DNA of 64,000 nt from Methanomassiliicoccales archaeon. GTDB taxonomy: Archaea > Thermoplasmatota > Thermoplasmata > RBG-16-68-12 > SOIM01. Positions 55,629 through 64,000 of the stretch are shown here, in pieces; the stretch's first letter is position 1; each line of letters starts with the position of its first letter. A program made the position numbers and the translations under genes. The notes beneath the pieces were generated by a model. It saw nothing but the letters and a program-made list of their open reading frames with translations, did no database searches and was not told where the DNA came from. The stretch is from assembly GCA_004377185.1 (NCBI GenBank), contig SOIM01000058.1, positions 247 through 64,246 on the forward strand. The letters run 5' to 3'.

Positions 55629-56876
55629 AGTATGTTCTCCAGACTCCTCTATGAGAGAAGTATCAGCAGCTTCTTCACCCTTTTCCTTCTTCTTCCTTCC
55701 AAAAAGCACTAACAAAGTCAGAAAGCCGATAAGTACTACGGCTACTAGCACCAAAAGCCATACTTCTTCAAGAACGGATTCCTCATGATCGTAGAATGGA
55801 TAGCGATCCTTGCTGTCTCCCCACCCAATACTGTAAGGTGAGTCAGCTATGCCATCACTACCAGGCTGATCTTGATCAGGGCCACTCTTCTCGTCAACTC
55901 CACCATAGTCGCTCCAGTAGTTGCCGCCCGATGGATATCCATTATCCCACTGGTTGCGATAGCCATCATCGAATGCCTGGTCCTTGTTGTTGAGGAAATG
56001 ATTATGGTAGACTGAGTTGTCGTTTGAGGAACCAAGACCAATACCGAACCTGCTGTTCAAAGAAATCGTATTGTTGAAAATAGTGTTGCCGTCACTCCCT
56101 TCAACTTGGATACCGACCTCATTCTCAGAAAAAGTGCTATTGGCAATCCAGTTACCGCTCGAGAGATAAAGAAGTATTCCTTTTTTTGTGTTCGAGGCGG
56201 TCAGATTCTCAATCGTATTGTAAGAGCTGTAGTGCGTCAAGACCATGCCGTGTCCGCTGTTCAAGGCGCGGTTATCTGCAATATAGTTATAACTCGACCG
56301 TTCAAGTCGGATGCCGTCCCAGGTGTTCGAGAAGTCGCTGCTGATGATTGAGTTGTTGTGAGAGTCAATAAGACTAATGCCGTGTCTGCCGTCCGAAGCC
56401 GAGATGTTGATGATTGTGTTGTTGTCTGAGGAATCAAGGATCAGACCGACATCATTGCTCATGGCAACAATATTCGTAATAGAACAATTCTCAGAATCGA
56501 GAAGTTCTATTCCAGCATCTCCTATGCGCGATCCGCTATCTGATACTGTGAATTCTGTGATATTGACCCAATCCGCAGAAACATGAACTACATCTCCAGT
56601 TCCTTCACCTATGATCGATGTCGTTCTTCTATCCTCCCCAGCAAGGGTGAGAGGTTTGTCAATCGCAAGATTTTCATGATACACTCCGTTGGAGACATAG
56701 ACAATATCACCAGGTTTTGCGTTGCCTATGGCATCTTGTATCGTTGTGTAGTTGCCAGGACCTGTTCCACCAACGTATAGAGTAGTTGCCTCCACCTTCT
56801 GAAACATAAGCATGGAGCCAACATAAAAAGTGCCGACACAGACCACGAGCGCAATGGACAGACTTGCTCTTTTCAT
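55626..56876 (-). CDS. NosD-like parallel beta-helix surface protein, short form with a TM anchor (paralog 5).
   Basis: Has the TTLYVGGTGPGNYTTIQDAIGNAKPGDIVYVSNGVY module and YPSGGNYWSDYGGVDEKSGPDQDQPGSDGIADSPY...DRYPF. The C-terminus has EEVWLLVLVAVVLIGFLTLLVLFGRKKKEKGEE. Start placed at internal MKRASLSIAL. Confidence 0.75.
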   Translation of the reverse strand: MKRASLSIALVVCVGTFYVGSMLMFQKVEATTLYVGGTGPGNYTTIQDAIGNAKPGDIVYVSNGVYHENLAIDKPLTLAGEDRRTTSIIGEGTGDVVHVSADWVNITEFTVSDSGSRIGDAGIELLDSENCSITNIVAMSNDVGLILDSSDNNTIINISASDGRHGISLIDSHNNSIISSDFSNTWDGIRLERSSYNYIADNRALNSGHGMVLTHYSSYNTIENLTASNTKKGILLYLSSGNWIANSTFSENEVGIQVEGSDGNTIFNNTISLNSRFGIGLGSSNDNSVYHNHFLNNKDQAFDDGYRNQWDNGYPSGGNYWSDYGGVDEKSGPDQDQPGSDGIADSPYSIGWGDSKDRYPFYDHEESVLEEVWLLVLVAVVLIGFLTLLVLFGRKKKEKGEEAADTSLIEESGEHT

Positions 56877-57113
56877 CCTATTCCTCTTCCATCCCACCAT
56901 CTTCTCTGTTGGAATTATGGAGAGAATATGTATTTGTGATTTCTGGTACAGCCTTTTGTGTATCATAGAGAATGCTCTCCTAGCACAGATATCCTCGAGA
57001 GAAAATGATGATAGAGCAAGGTTCCTGCTGGTTCTGGGCTGAAATCATCGAAGTAGATAGGGACTGAGTGTTCCGACATATTCAGCATCCGCCAATGGGA
57101 AACTCAGACACTA

Positions 57114-57262
57114 CTAGGACTCGACCTTACCTATCACGACCCTTTCCGGGTCAATCTCTTCTCTGAGAATCTAGAGCTCATCCTCCGTCGGCGGTCCCAG
57201 TTGTTCAAGTTCATCGACCACAGGGGGCTCGAAATCCATGTTCTCCAAGACTTGGACTAGGT
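57114..57262 (-). pseudogene. Fragment (3' end, ~48 codons, with an in-frame stop) of a glutaconate-CoA-transferase B-subunit paralog.
   Basis: The minus strand encodes LVQVLENMDFEPPVVDELEQLGPPTEDEL*ILREEIDPERVVIGKVES*. This matches the C-terminus of the intact gene at 60276-61082 (FVLDNMEFEPVVAGTLEELGPPTEEELKVLREEIDPDRVVIGRVD). There is no upstream continuation of the homology. Confidence 0.6.
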
Positions 57263-57388
57263 CTACAGGTTCTCGCCTGAGGTTGGGAAACGTAGAGGCG
57301 GATATTGGTGAATCTTATTGGTCTTGAGCAAGAGGAAATCCAGCGACTGATGATGGATAGAATAATATGAGAGGGTGCAAATCTAGAT

Positions 57389-58132
57389 ATGAGCGGTAGA
57401 TATGCCTGCCCACTTAAATCCCTGTCTGAAGGAGGCGATGCAGAGAACATGACAGTTCAGCTGTATATCCGACCACCGGCTGATTCGTGCAAGGAAATAG
57501 TCAGTGACATATACAAGGGACTTACCGAACTGGGATGGACAAACACAAAGTCGGTGCTCTATAGCAGCAATCAAGACGAACCAGTTGAGAACACTCCTGG
57601 GTCAGTGTATTTGGTGACTAGACCTGTCGAAGCAAAAAGAAGGTGGCGAGTACCACATGAATCAGTTCATGTGGAGTTCATGAAGGGTGAACAACGTTTT
57701 CTAATGTTTGTGGGTGTGGAATATCAGTACACGATTGAACTTGTGTTCTACGAAACTCTGTTTGAGCAGGGAAGAGGATTGGATGAGCTGAAAGATCTCT
57801 TTTCAATGCTGTCGTTACCTGAGGGCACTCATGTCCGAGGAGACGGACCCAGCGAAATCTACGGCGATGAAAAGACATGGAGGTTCAAGGGTGATCGGCT
57901 ATGGGAAGCCTACTTCTATATCGATCAAGTGAAGACATTACGATGGTCCAGAATCGTTAGTTGCTTTCCAGAGCTGGCGAAGAACGAACTGGCACGAATT
58001 GGAGACAAACACATTGTTGCGATGGGTGAGTCGCCCTATATTGAGGAGAAGGAAAGAGTGAGGGTATTTCCGTCCAAAAAGGAAAGGAAATCTGGAGTGC
58101 CAAAGTGGTATCGGGGAGAAAGAAGACCGTGA
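57389..58132 (+). CDS. Hypothetical protein.
   Basis: 247 aa ORF with protein-like composition and no recognisable motifs. It lies within the segment bounded by the gctB-like fragment and the intact gene. Confidence 0.4.
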   Translation: MSGRYACPLKSLSEGGDAENMTVQLYIRPPADSCKEIVSDIYKGLTELGWTNTKSVLYSSNQDEPVENTPGSVYLVTRPVEAKRRWRVPHESVHVEFMKGEQRFLMFVGVEYQYTIELVFYETLFEQGRGLDELKDLFSMLSLPEGTHVRGDGPSEIYGDEKTWRFKGDRLWEAYFYIDQVKTLRWSRIVSCFPELAKNELARIGDKHIVAMGESPYIEEKERVRVFPSKKERKSGVPKWYRGERRP

Positions 58133-58143
58133 ATACGAGCGCA

Positions 58144-60204
58144 TTATCTTTGTTTTCTCCGCCAGCCTCTGAGAAGAAGACGAATTGTGATTAGATTAAG
58201 TGAGACCATGGCAGCCAGCAAGAGGATAGCCTCCCAAAACCAATCCTCCTGTGCTTTTGGTGTATTGTCAACCAACAGAATGATTGAGACTTCGTTCGAA
58301 TAGCGGAAGCCATCATGGGAACGAGCATAGAGAGTGTGTTTTCCATCAGAGACATGTGATGTGTTCCACGGAAATGTCCATGAAGTAGTTCCATCCGTCT
58401 GTACCCATTCGCCATCATCAATTCTGACCTCGACTGCCCATATGATCCCGTCGGAGTCGAAAGCTGTTCCGAAAATGATGTGGGTACCATGGATCTCAGC
58501 TCCAGCAGGAGGACCAGTTATATTGCACAACGGGATGTTGTCTGTAAAAGGCTCAAGAGGAAGCTTAACGGGTTTCATGAAGGGATACCAGTCCTTAACG
58601 AAGCTTTCCTGAATCACATATGGCACATCACCAATTCCATCGCGCCCTGGGCCATCTTGGAATGGCCCATTCTTCTCATCAACGCCTTCATAGTCGCTCC
58701 AAAAGTTGCCCCCGGATGGGTATCCACTTGACCATGAATTGGTCCTAGTGCCGGGGTGAGTTTGAATCGAATTGTTTACGAAGTTGTTCTGAAAAATCAA
58801 ATTGCCTCCAGAATCCCAAAGATAGATCCCATAAAAGCGGTTGGAGGTAACACTGTTACCGCTCACAACATTGCTGTCTGAGTTGATGAGATGTATGCCG
58901 TGACTGTTGTTTGAAATGGAGTTGTTGACAATCTGATTCTCTTTTGAGTAATGAAGAGCGATGCCATGGCCATCGTTCCCGTGGATGTTGTTCCCAGACA
59001 GCCAACTTCCTTCTGAGAAGTAGAGTATCAAGCCAGCCGATCTCGACATGCTAACAATGTTGGACTCAACAACATTGCCAAACGACCGGCCGATGTTGAT
59101 GCCGACGGTGCTGTATAAGGCAGTGTTATTCTTCACAGTGTTGTTGTCAGAATAAAACAGACTTATAGCTTCCTGATTCTCTGATGCAGCATTGTGAATG
59201 ATGGTGTTGTTCTCAGAATATGCAAGGCTGATACCATCGAAGTTTCCTGAAACTAGGTTGTCAGAAATCACGTTGCCTGAGGAGAAGCCAAGCTGAATTC
59301 CTAGGGAAACATTACTTAAAGACAAACCCTCGACAAGCACATTAGAACAATTGGCCAGTATGACCTGTCCTGCATTCGATGGAACAGAGCCATGGATAAC
59401 ATTACTCGAGTAATAGAGAGTTCTTCCATTGACGATGTTTGAAGAGCCAATGGTATGAGAATTCCAATACTCGAGAGAGTTTCCCTCAAGGAGGATTCCG
59501 TTGTTTGTCAGAACGTTGCTTGTTATAGTGGTAGTTGTGGTATCTTGGAGATAAATCCCATACCAGCTGTCTGAGATCACATTGCTAGCAATAGAGTTGT
59601 CACCTGAGTCGCGGATATGAATTCCGTAGAATGAGTTCGAAAGCCAGTTGTTGCTTATCCAGTTGTTGTTGGAATGGGAGAGGAGGATGCCACTCTTGGT
59701 GAAAAAGGTGTTGGTTAACGAGTTGTAGTTGGAGTGTTTGAGATGAACCCCAGGATAGCCTTGAGATATGACTATACTATCAATGGTGCAATTATCCGCG
59801 TTTTCGAGTTCCAGTCCAACGGCCCATTTGTCTGTGATTGTGAGTCCAGTGATGTTAACCCAGTCAGCAGTAACTAGTATGACGTAAAGTTTCGAGCCAG
59901 ATCCAAGTATGGTCAAGTCCTTGTCCTCTCCAACGAGTGAGAGTGTCTTGTTCACCAGTACACTCTCCTCATAGGTCCCGGCGAAGATGAAAACAGAATC
60001 ACCGGGGCTGGCAGCGTCCACGGCGCTCTGAATTGTCGTATAGTTTCCGGGCCCTGATCCTCCGACATACAGAGTGGGGGCTGTGACAATTCCTGGCAAA
60101 GCAAGCAAGACAACATGAAAGGTGCCCACCAGAAAGAGAAGGCAAACAATCAACCTGGATTTCTTGTCTAAACATTCCACAACGACGTCTTTTTGTCCCA
60201 TCAA
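58144..60204 (-). CDS. NosD-like parallel beta-helix surface protein with an Ig-like domain and a C-terminal TM anchor (paralog 6).
   Basis: Has the PTLYVGGSGPGNYTTIQSAVDAASPGDSVFIFAGTY module, beta-helix repeats and YPSGGNFWSDYEGVDEKNGPFQDGPGRDGIGDVPY. The C-terminus has EDWFWEAILLLAAMVSLNLITIRLLLRGWRRKQR. Confidence 0.8.
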   Translation of the reverse strand: MMGQKDVVVECLDKKSRLIVCLLFLVGTFHVVLLALPGIVTAPTLYVGGSGPGNYTTIQSAVDAASPGDSVFIFAGTYEESVLVNKTLSLVGEDKDLTILGSGSKLYVILVTADWVNITGLTITDKWAVGLELENADNCTIDSIVISQGYPGVHLKHSNYNSLTNTFFTKSGILLSHSNNNWISNNWLSNSFYGIHIRDSGDNSIASNVISDSWYGIYLQDTTTTTITSNVLTNNGILLEGNSLEYWNSHTIGSSNIVNGRTLYYSSNVIHGSVPSNAGQVILANCSNVLVEGLSLSNVSLGIQLGFSSGNVISDNLVSGNFDGISLAYSENNTIIHNAASENQEAISLFYSDNNTVKNNTALYSTVGINIGRSFGNVVESNIVSMSRSAGLILYFSEGSWLSGNNIHGNDGHGIALHYSKENQIVNNSISNNSHGIHLINSDSNVVSGNSVTSNRFYGIYLWDSGGNLIFQNNFVNNSIQTHPGTRTNSWSSGYPSGGNFWSDYEGVDEKNGPFQDGPGRDGIGDVPYVIQESFVKDWYPFMKPVKLPLEPFTDNIPLCNITGPPAGAEIHGTHIIFGTAFDSDGIIWAVEVRIDDGEWVQTDGTTSWTFPWNTSHVSDGKHTLYARSHDGFRYSNEVSIILLVDNTPKAQEDWFWEAILLLAAMVSLNLITIRLLLRGWRRKQR

Positions 60205-60275
60205 TGGTTCAAGTGAGACTGCGGATACTTCAACGTTGCGTGGTACCTACCACAAACATACCAGAAAACGGAATT

Positions 60276-61082
60276 CTAGTCAACCCGTCCGATCACTACC
60301 CTGTCTGGATCTATCTCTTCCCTCAGAACCTTGAGCTCTTCTTCCGTCGGTGGTCCAAGTTCTTCCAGAGTACCAGCGACCACAGGCTCAAACTCCATAT
60401 TATCCAAAACAAACTCCTTGGTGACCCCTGTGCAGAGCCCAATCAATCGCATCACTCTAGTTTCCTCATCAAAATCGAAAAGAGCCTTTGATGTGACAAC
60501 CCTATGAGGTCCACTACCTCTCGGCAGACCTGCTTTCTCTCTCGCACCAGGCCCATCCAAGTAACCAGGAGAAGTTATGTAATCCACCCGCTCCAGGAAC
60601 CTCCTCTTCTCATGCTGCATCAACACAACAGTCTTCCAGCAGAGGGATGCGACCTCGTTCCCACCACCACTGCCAGTGAACCTCTTCTTGGGCCTTTCGT
60701 AGTCCTTGCCAATCATAGTTGAGTTTATGTTTCCGTACTTGTCGATCTGCGCTGCCCCCAAGAATCCATAGTCAATCAATCCGATCTGCGCCTGTGCCAT
60801 CATTCGGTTCATCGACATCCAAGAGTAGGACCTGTAGCTGTTCCTCGCGTCCGCCATCATGTTTCTCTTGAAGGGTGTTGCAACCTCAGGTCCAATAGCT
60901 CCGTACTCGTACACTTGACAGATATTTGGTGAGTACAACTTCTGAGCTAGAATAGCAGCGATCTGGGGCATTCCGTAACCCACGAAAACCGTTCGGTTGT
61001 CCTCTATCAGCCTAGCGGAAAGGCATATCATCTGTTCAACATCGGTATACGTCTTGCTCAATAGTATCCCTCCTTGATCCAT
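60276..61082 (-). CDS. CoA-transferase beta subunit (glutaconate CoA-transferase GctB-like, family I).
   Basis: 268 aa with SGGG and the catalytic Glu region RFTGSGGGNEVASL, typical of family I CoA-transferase B subunits. Confidence 0.8.
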   Translation of the reverse strand: MDQGGILLSKTYTDVEQMICLSARLIEDNRTVFVGYGMPQIAAILAQKLYSPNICQVYEYGAIGPEVATPFKRNMMADARNSYRSYSWMSMNRMMAQAQIGLIDYGFLGAAQIDKYGNINSTMIGKDYERPKKRFTGSGGGNEVASLCWKTVVLMQHEKRRFLERVDYITSPGYLDGPGAREKAGLPRGSGPHRVVTSKALFDFDEETRVMRLIGLCTGVTKEFVLDNMEFEPVVAGTLEELGPPTEEELKVLREEIDPDRVVIGRVD

Positions 61083-62035
61083 TCGCGCTCCTTCAGTTCC
61101 TCCATTCTCTTCTCACCCCCCACTAGCTCCATGTACTCCTCGTGACCCGATGTTGAATGAACGTATTTGTCGATGTATTCGGCCAGCTCCTCTAGGCTTC
61201 TGGCGGCAAAGAACTCCTCCAAGTGCTCGGAATCGTACGCATACAGACCAGGTACAGTTCCAGGGTGTGCACCGTAGGGAGCAACCACAACAGCATTCAC
61301 CATGTAGTAAGGAATGGTCGTCTTGCCTGGATCTTTCTTTATTTCCTCCGTAGTGATGATTTCCTCTGTGGATAGAATGACGTTCTTGGATGCGGCTGCG
61401 GTCTCTAGGGGTGTAATGCTCGGACCGTACACTCTGGCGTTTCCATAAACATCGCATTGGTTCACATGAATGATGGCAACGTCTGGATTTATCGCCGGGA
61501 CCAAACAGACTTTCTTCTTTGTGAATGGGTCCTCAACCACTTTTGCACCAGAATGTTTGAACGTGTCAGTTCCTAAGAGAGAACGAGCAGGTAGGAAAGG
61601 TACGCCCATCGCTCCAGCCAGATGCCTCAAAGCAAGAGTGCCGTTTGACCAATCAATCGTTTTCACAATCCCTTTCTCAATTGCTTCGAACAAAGGTCTT
61701 CCAAGACCTGCAAAACCCACATCGATCTTAGATACACAGCCCCCACCGACCAGAAGTGTGGTGTCCAACAACGTGAACTTCGCAGCTATCCACAGGTCCT
61801 TCTTCTTCTGCCTGACTATCTCCCTCTCGATGGACATCGGGCCCCTTACCATGGAGCTGAGGTCATAACTGATGTAGTCCCCGTCCTTCACGTACTTCTT
61901 CACAGCTTCGTGCTCGTCTATGACCTTCTCTTCCAAAGCCCGTGTCTTATTGTCCCTCATCCATTCTCTTACGTCATCCATATCCTGCAGAAGCACCTCG
62001 CCTATTCCAGATTCAAGCACTTCCATATCATCCAC
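61058..62035 (-). CDS. CoA-transferase alpha subunit (glutaconate CoA-transferase GctA-like).
   Basis: 325 aa. The subunit sizes (325/268) fit GctA/GctB better than AtoD/AtoA. It overlaps the B subunit start. Confidence 0.8.
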   Translation of the reverse strand: MDDMEVLESGIGEVLLQDMDDVREWMRDNKTRALEEKVIDEHEAVKKYVKDGDYISYDLSSMVRGPMSIEREIVRQKKKDLWIAAKFTLLDTTLLVGGGCVSKIDVGFAGLGRPLFEAIEKGIVKTIDWSNGTLALRHLAGAMGVPFLPARSLLGTDTFKHSGAKVVEDPFTKKKVCLVPAINPDVAIIHVNQCDVYGNARVYGPSITPLETAAASKNVILSTEEIITTEEIKKDPGKTTIPYYMVNAVVVAPYGAHPGTVPGLYAYDSEHLEEFFAARSLEELAEYIDKYVHSTSGHEEYMELVGGEKRMEELKEREWIKEGYY

Positions 62036-62294
62036 CTCCTACCGGGTAGGAAACGATTATCTCATCACCGTCATTCAGAACAACGTTCTTATCACCGATC
62101 TTCCCGTTCACGGCGAACAACACCTCGGGGCCATCGATACTACCTTCAATCCTGTCGCGGAACTTCCTTCCATACTTGGAACACATGAACTCTACCAGCT
62201 CTTCCAGAGCCTCACCTTCGAACTCCAGCTCCTCCTTCCTTGTTTTGGCAAGCTCCGAAAAGATTCCGAAGAACTTCACGGTGACCCGAGGCAT
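62028..62294 (-). CDS. MoaD/ThiS-family ubiquitin-like small protein (SAMP-like, C-terminal GG).
   Basis: 88 aa ending ...IIVSYPVGGG-stop, with a beta-grasp-like pattern (RVTVKFFGIFSEL...VNGK). It overlaps the gctA-like start. Confidence 0.55.
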   Translation of the reverse strand: MPRVTVKFFGIFSELAKTRKEELEFEGEALEELVEFMCSKYGRKFRDRIEGSIDGPEVLFAVNGKIGDKNVVLNDGDEIIVSYPVGGG

Positions 62295-62332
62295 CGAACC
62301 CTTACGTCACTTTTCTGATAAAAGACCTTTTC

Positions 62333-62848
62333 CTAAAGGAACTGTTCTCCACGCCACTGCAGTTCTGCCATATGCGTGGCAGGAATCCCAGTCTTTCTGC
62401 ATCTTGAGCACAGAGGATGGTCCGCTGTGAGTATCTCTCCATCTCGCTCCTTAGCAGCGATAAGCAATGAAGTATCTGTAACGCCGACTCTCTTCAGTTC
62501 TTCTGCTTCAAGAATGTCATCCTTGGACACGTAATGCTCATCCATCTGCTTCAGTTCCTCAACATTATGGTCGACAACCTTCCCAAATTCTCCACGCTTG
62601 AGCTCCATGGCCATGTTCGATACTTCCGCAAGTACGCCAGGGGTCACACAAACCTTCCTTCCAGCTAAGAACTGCACGAGCAGATCGAAATCAGTCCGAC
62701 TGTACTTGCTAACCCTTTTGAATTTTCCAATAAGACTCTCATCATAAGCTCCCACCAGCAATAGCAGCAACGGACTCGTATCAATGAGAACCGGCTTGCG
62801 AGCTCTAATCAATTTCCCGGACGTCGCTGATTTCTTCGGTTTCGTCAT
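62333..62848 (-). CDS. PIN-domain protein (VapC-like nuclease fold). Start is approximate.
   Basis: Acidic PIN residues in VLIDTSPLL, GVTDTSLLIAA and ILTAD. The track ORF is extended upstream. The start could be MTKPKK or a TTG next to the upstream small ORF stop. Confidence 0.5.
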   Translation of the reverse strand: MTKPKKSATSGKLIRARKPVLIDTSPLLLLLVGAYDESLIGKFKRVSKYSRTDFDLLVQFLAGRKVCVTPGVLAEVSNMAMELKRGEFGKVVDHNVEELKQMDEHYVSKDDILEAEELKRVGVTDTSLLIAAKERDGEILTADHPLCSRCRKTGIPATHMAELQWRGEQFL

Positions 62849-63035
62849 CGACTTTGACCTCATAGTGCCTGGGTTCTTCATCGAACACATTGGCAACCTC
62901 ACATGAGACTGTCCAAGCGTCCTCCTCATCATCGTACTCCACGGAAATAACGTCAAAGATGAACTTGCTCTTCTTTATTTCATCGAAGTATTCCCGAACC
63001 ATCTTGGATACTTCTTTGACATTCAGATTTGTCAT
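62805..63035 (-). CDS. Small acidic hypothetical protein upstream of the PIN gene (antitoxin-like position).
   Basis: 76 aa, highly acidic (VEYDDEEDAWTV...DDETEEISDVREID). ATG start. It overlaps or abuts the PIN gene. Confidence 0.35.
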   Translation of the reverse strand: MTNLNVKEVSKMVREYFDEIKKSKFIFDVISVEYDDEEDAWTVSCEVANVFDEEPRHYEVKVDDETEEISDVREID

Positions 63036-63114
63036 CTATCCACACCACCATGGGCAACGTTCGGAGAGTATAAATCGATATCGTTCTCCAAAGAGCGATT
63101 CCACAGACGAAAAC

Positions 63115-63300
63115 CTAGACTCGCCTTATGAAGGACCTCTTCTTCGGAACGAACTCCTTTCCAGCGCAGGTGTAGCAGAGCTTCTTGGATTCCTTGTAGT
63201 GTTCCCTGCAAACCGCCCCTCCGCACTTCGAGCACTTGTATACCCTTTCGAACTTCTTTGTGAGGTCTATTCTGTTCTTGCAAACCTTGCAGAGGGGCAT
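63115..63300 (-). CDS. Small zinc-ribbon protein (4 x CxxC).
   Basis: MPLCKVCKNRIDL...YKCSKCGGAVCREHYKESKKLCYTCAGKEF. Sits 6 nt downstream of the AOR gene end. Confidence 0.45.
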   Translation of the reverse strand: MPLCKVCKNRIDLTKKFERVYKCSKCGGAVCREHYKESKKLCYTCAGKEFVPKKRSFIRRV

Positions 63301-63305
63301 CGAGA

Positions 63306-64000
63306 TCACTTCTTGGCCAGGAGCTTTCTTTCTCCCAGGTCCTTGGCAACATCCTCCAGCCCTGCGTTTATCAGTTTTCGCTTGTGGGGGAGGCCTGTCT
63401 TCAAATCCCATCCACGGATTTTGTAATACCGGTCTATCATCTTATTGAGCCTCTCCTCGGGGAAGGTCTGGCCTTTGGCAGGTCCGGAAGGCAAAGGTTC
63501 TTCAATGAACCTCCTCGGAAGAGTGTCATCCTTTCTTCTAATCCCGAACCTTACGTTCAACGCTCTCTCAAGGTTGATTATCCGGTCGCCTATTTCCAGC
63601 ATTCCATAGTAATCCAGATCCATCCCAGTTGCCGCGGATATCCAATCATGGTATTTTATCGAGTGAGCGTCCTTCCTTCCTTTCGATTTGGCAAGCATCT
63701 CGGGGATGGGATAACCCGCGTAATAGGAAGCGTGCATGAACCTGCAAGTGCCCATTGAGTCAGTAATAGCACCAACGTTCTCGTGCCAGACGACCATGTT
63801 GACCTTTCCACCGTACGTTTCTTGTGTTGTTGATTCTCCAGAACCGAAGATCTCTTCACCCACTTCCTTCGGGATACGGAGCATCTCGAATACCGGGTGC
63901 GCTCTGAGATGGTCGGAACCTCTGCTCCCTACCGCGTACCCAAAACCAAAGCCCTTTGACGCTCTTGGGTCGCATACGATTGTCTCCATTCCTTTGATGG
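63306..64000 (-). CDS. Aldehyde:ferredoxin oxidoreductase (tungsten/pterin AOR family), C-terminal part. The gene continues beyond the window end.
   Basis: AOR domain 2/3 motifs DPRASKGFGFGYAVGSRGSDHLRAHP and CRFMHASYYAGYP. The frame is open at nt 64000. Confidence 0.8.
   Translation of the reverse strand, partial: IKGMETIVCDPRASKGFGFGYAVGSRGSDHLRAHPVFEMLRIPKEVGEEIFGSGESTTQETYGGKVNMVVWHENVGAITDSMGTCRFMHASYYAGYPIPEMLAKSKGRKDAHSIKYHDWISAATGMDLDYYGMLEIGDRIINLERALNVRFGIRRKDDTLPRRFIEEPLPSGPAKGQTFPEERLNKMIDRYYKIRGWDLKTGLPHKRKLINAGLEDVAKDLGERKLLAKK

Noticed and set aside
62890-63426. 178 aa plus-strand ORF (Ser-rich).
   Set aside because: It is antisense to the small acidic ORF, the Zn-ribbon gene and the AOR 3' end. 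It has low complexity and no motifs.
1-64000. Mobile elements: searched for transposase or integrase ORFs and for inverted terminal repeats around the duplicated segments.
   Set aside because: No ORF has transposase-, integrase- or recombinase-like motifs, so the rearrangements are attributed to homologous or duplicative recombination.

Overview
This 64 kb window comes from an archaeal chromosome with GC near 50%. The archaeal assignment rests on a TATA-binding protein, RNase P protein Rpr2, ribosomal protein eS17, a porGDAB pyruvate:ferredoxin oxidoreductase operon, TATA boxes about 26 nt upstream of leaderless starts, and surface proteins dense in N-x-S/T sequons. Genes are tightly packed, and several operons are joined by ATGA stop/start overlaps.

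Housekeeping and central metabolism present:
- two aminopeptidases (M24 and M29), a GNAT acetyltransferase, a DUF402 protein and a dCMP deaminase
- acetyl-CoA synthetase and the por operon
- a leuA/leuC/leuD/leuB-like chain-elongation cluster
- a NifU-like protein and an MBL-fold hydrolase
- an orphan NifB-type radical SAM protein translationally coupled to an MFS transporter
- a V4R protein divergent from hyuAB
- a glutaconate-type CoA-transferase pair, followed by a MoaD-like protein and the C-terminal part of a tungsten-type aldehyde:ferredoxin oxidoreductase at the window end

Two acyl-CoA modules stand out:
- A canonical archaeal thiolase + DUF35 pair sits with 3-hydroxyacyl-CoA dehydrogenase and crotonase (9.7-13.1 kb).
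- An 8-gene plus-strand operon (42.3-50.5 kb) contains ACAD, MaoC, SDR, an HMG-CoA-synthase-like domain fused to DUF35, an SCP-x-type thiolase, a split B12-dependent acyl-CoA mutase and a family III CoA-transferase. This looks like a bbs/alkylsuccinate-type modified beta-oxidation route with a mutase step.

The accessory part is dominated by six paralogous NosD-like parallel beta-helix surface proteins. They share N-terminal and post-helix modules, FN3/Ig-like/PKD domains, and a C-terminal D-W-x-W + transmembrane + charged-tail anchor. One carries a polyproline tail. Two giant PKD/BNR secreted proteins are also present.

Non-coding structure includes a tandem ~110 nt repeat built from GTTAACCTT-GTTT-AAGGTTAAC palindromes, an identical 33 nt element directly after the stop codons of two beta-helix paralogs, and a pseudogene fragment of the CoA-transferase B subunit that marks a ~3 kb insertion. 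No rRNA, tRNA, CRISPR array or transposase was found.
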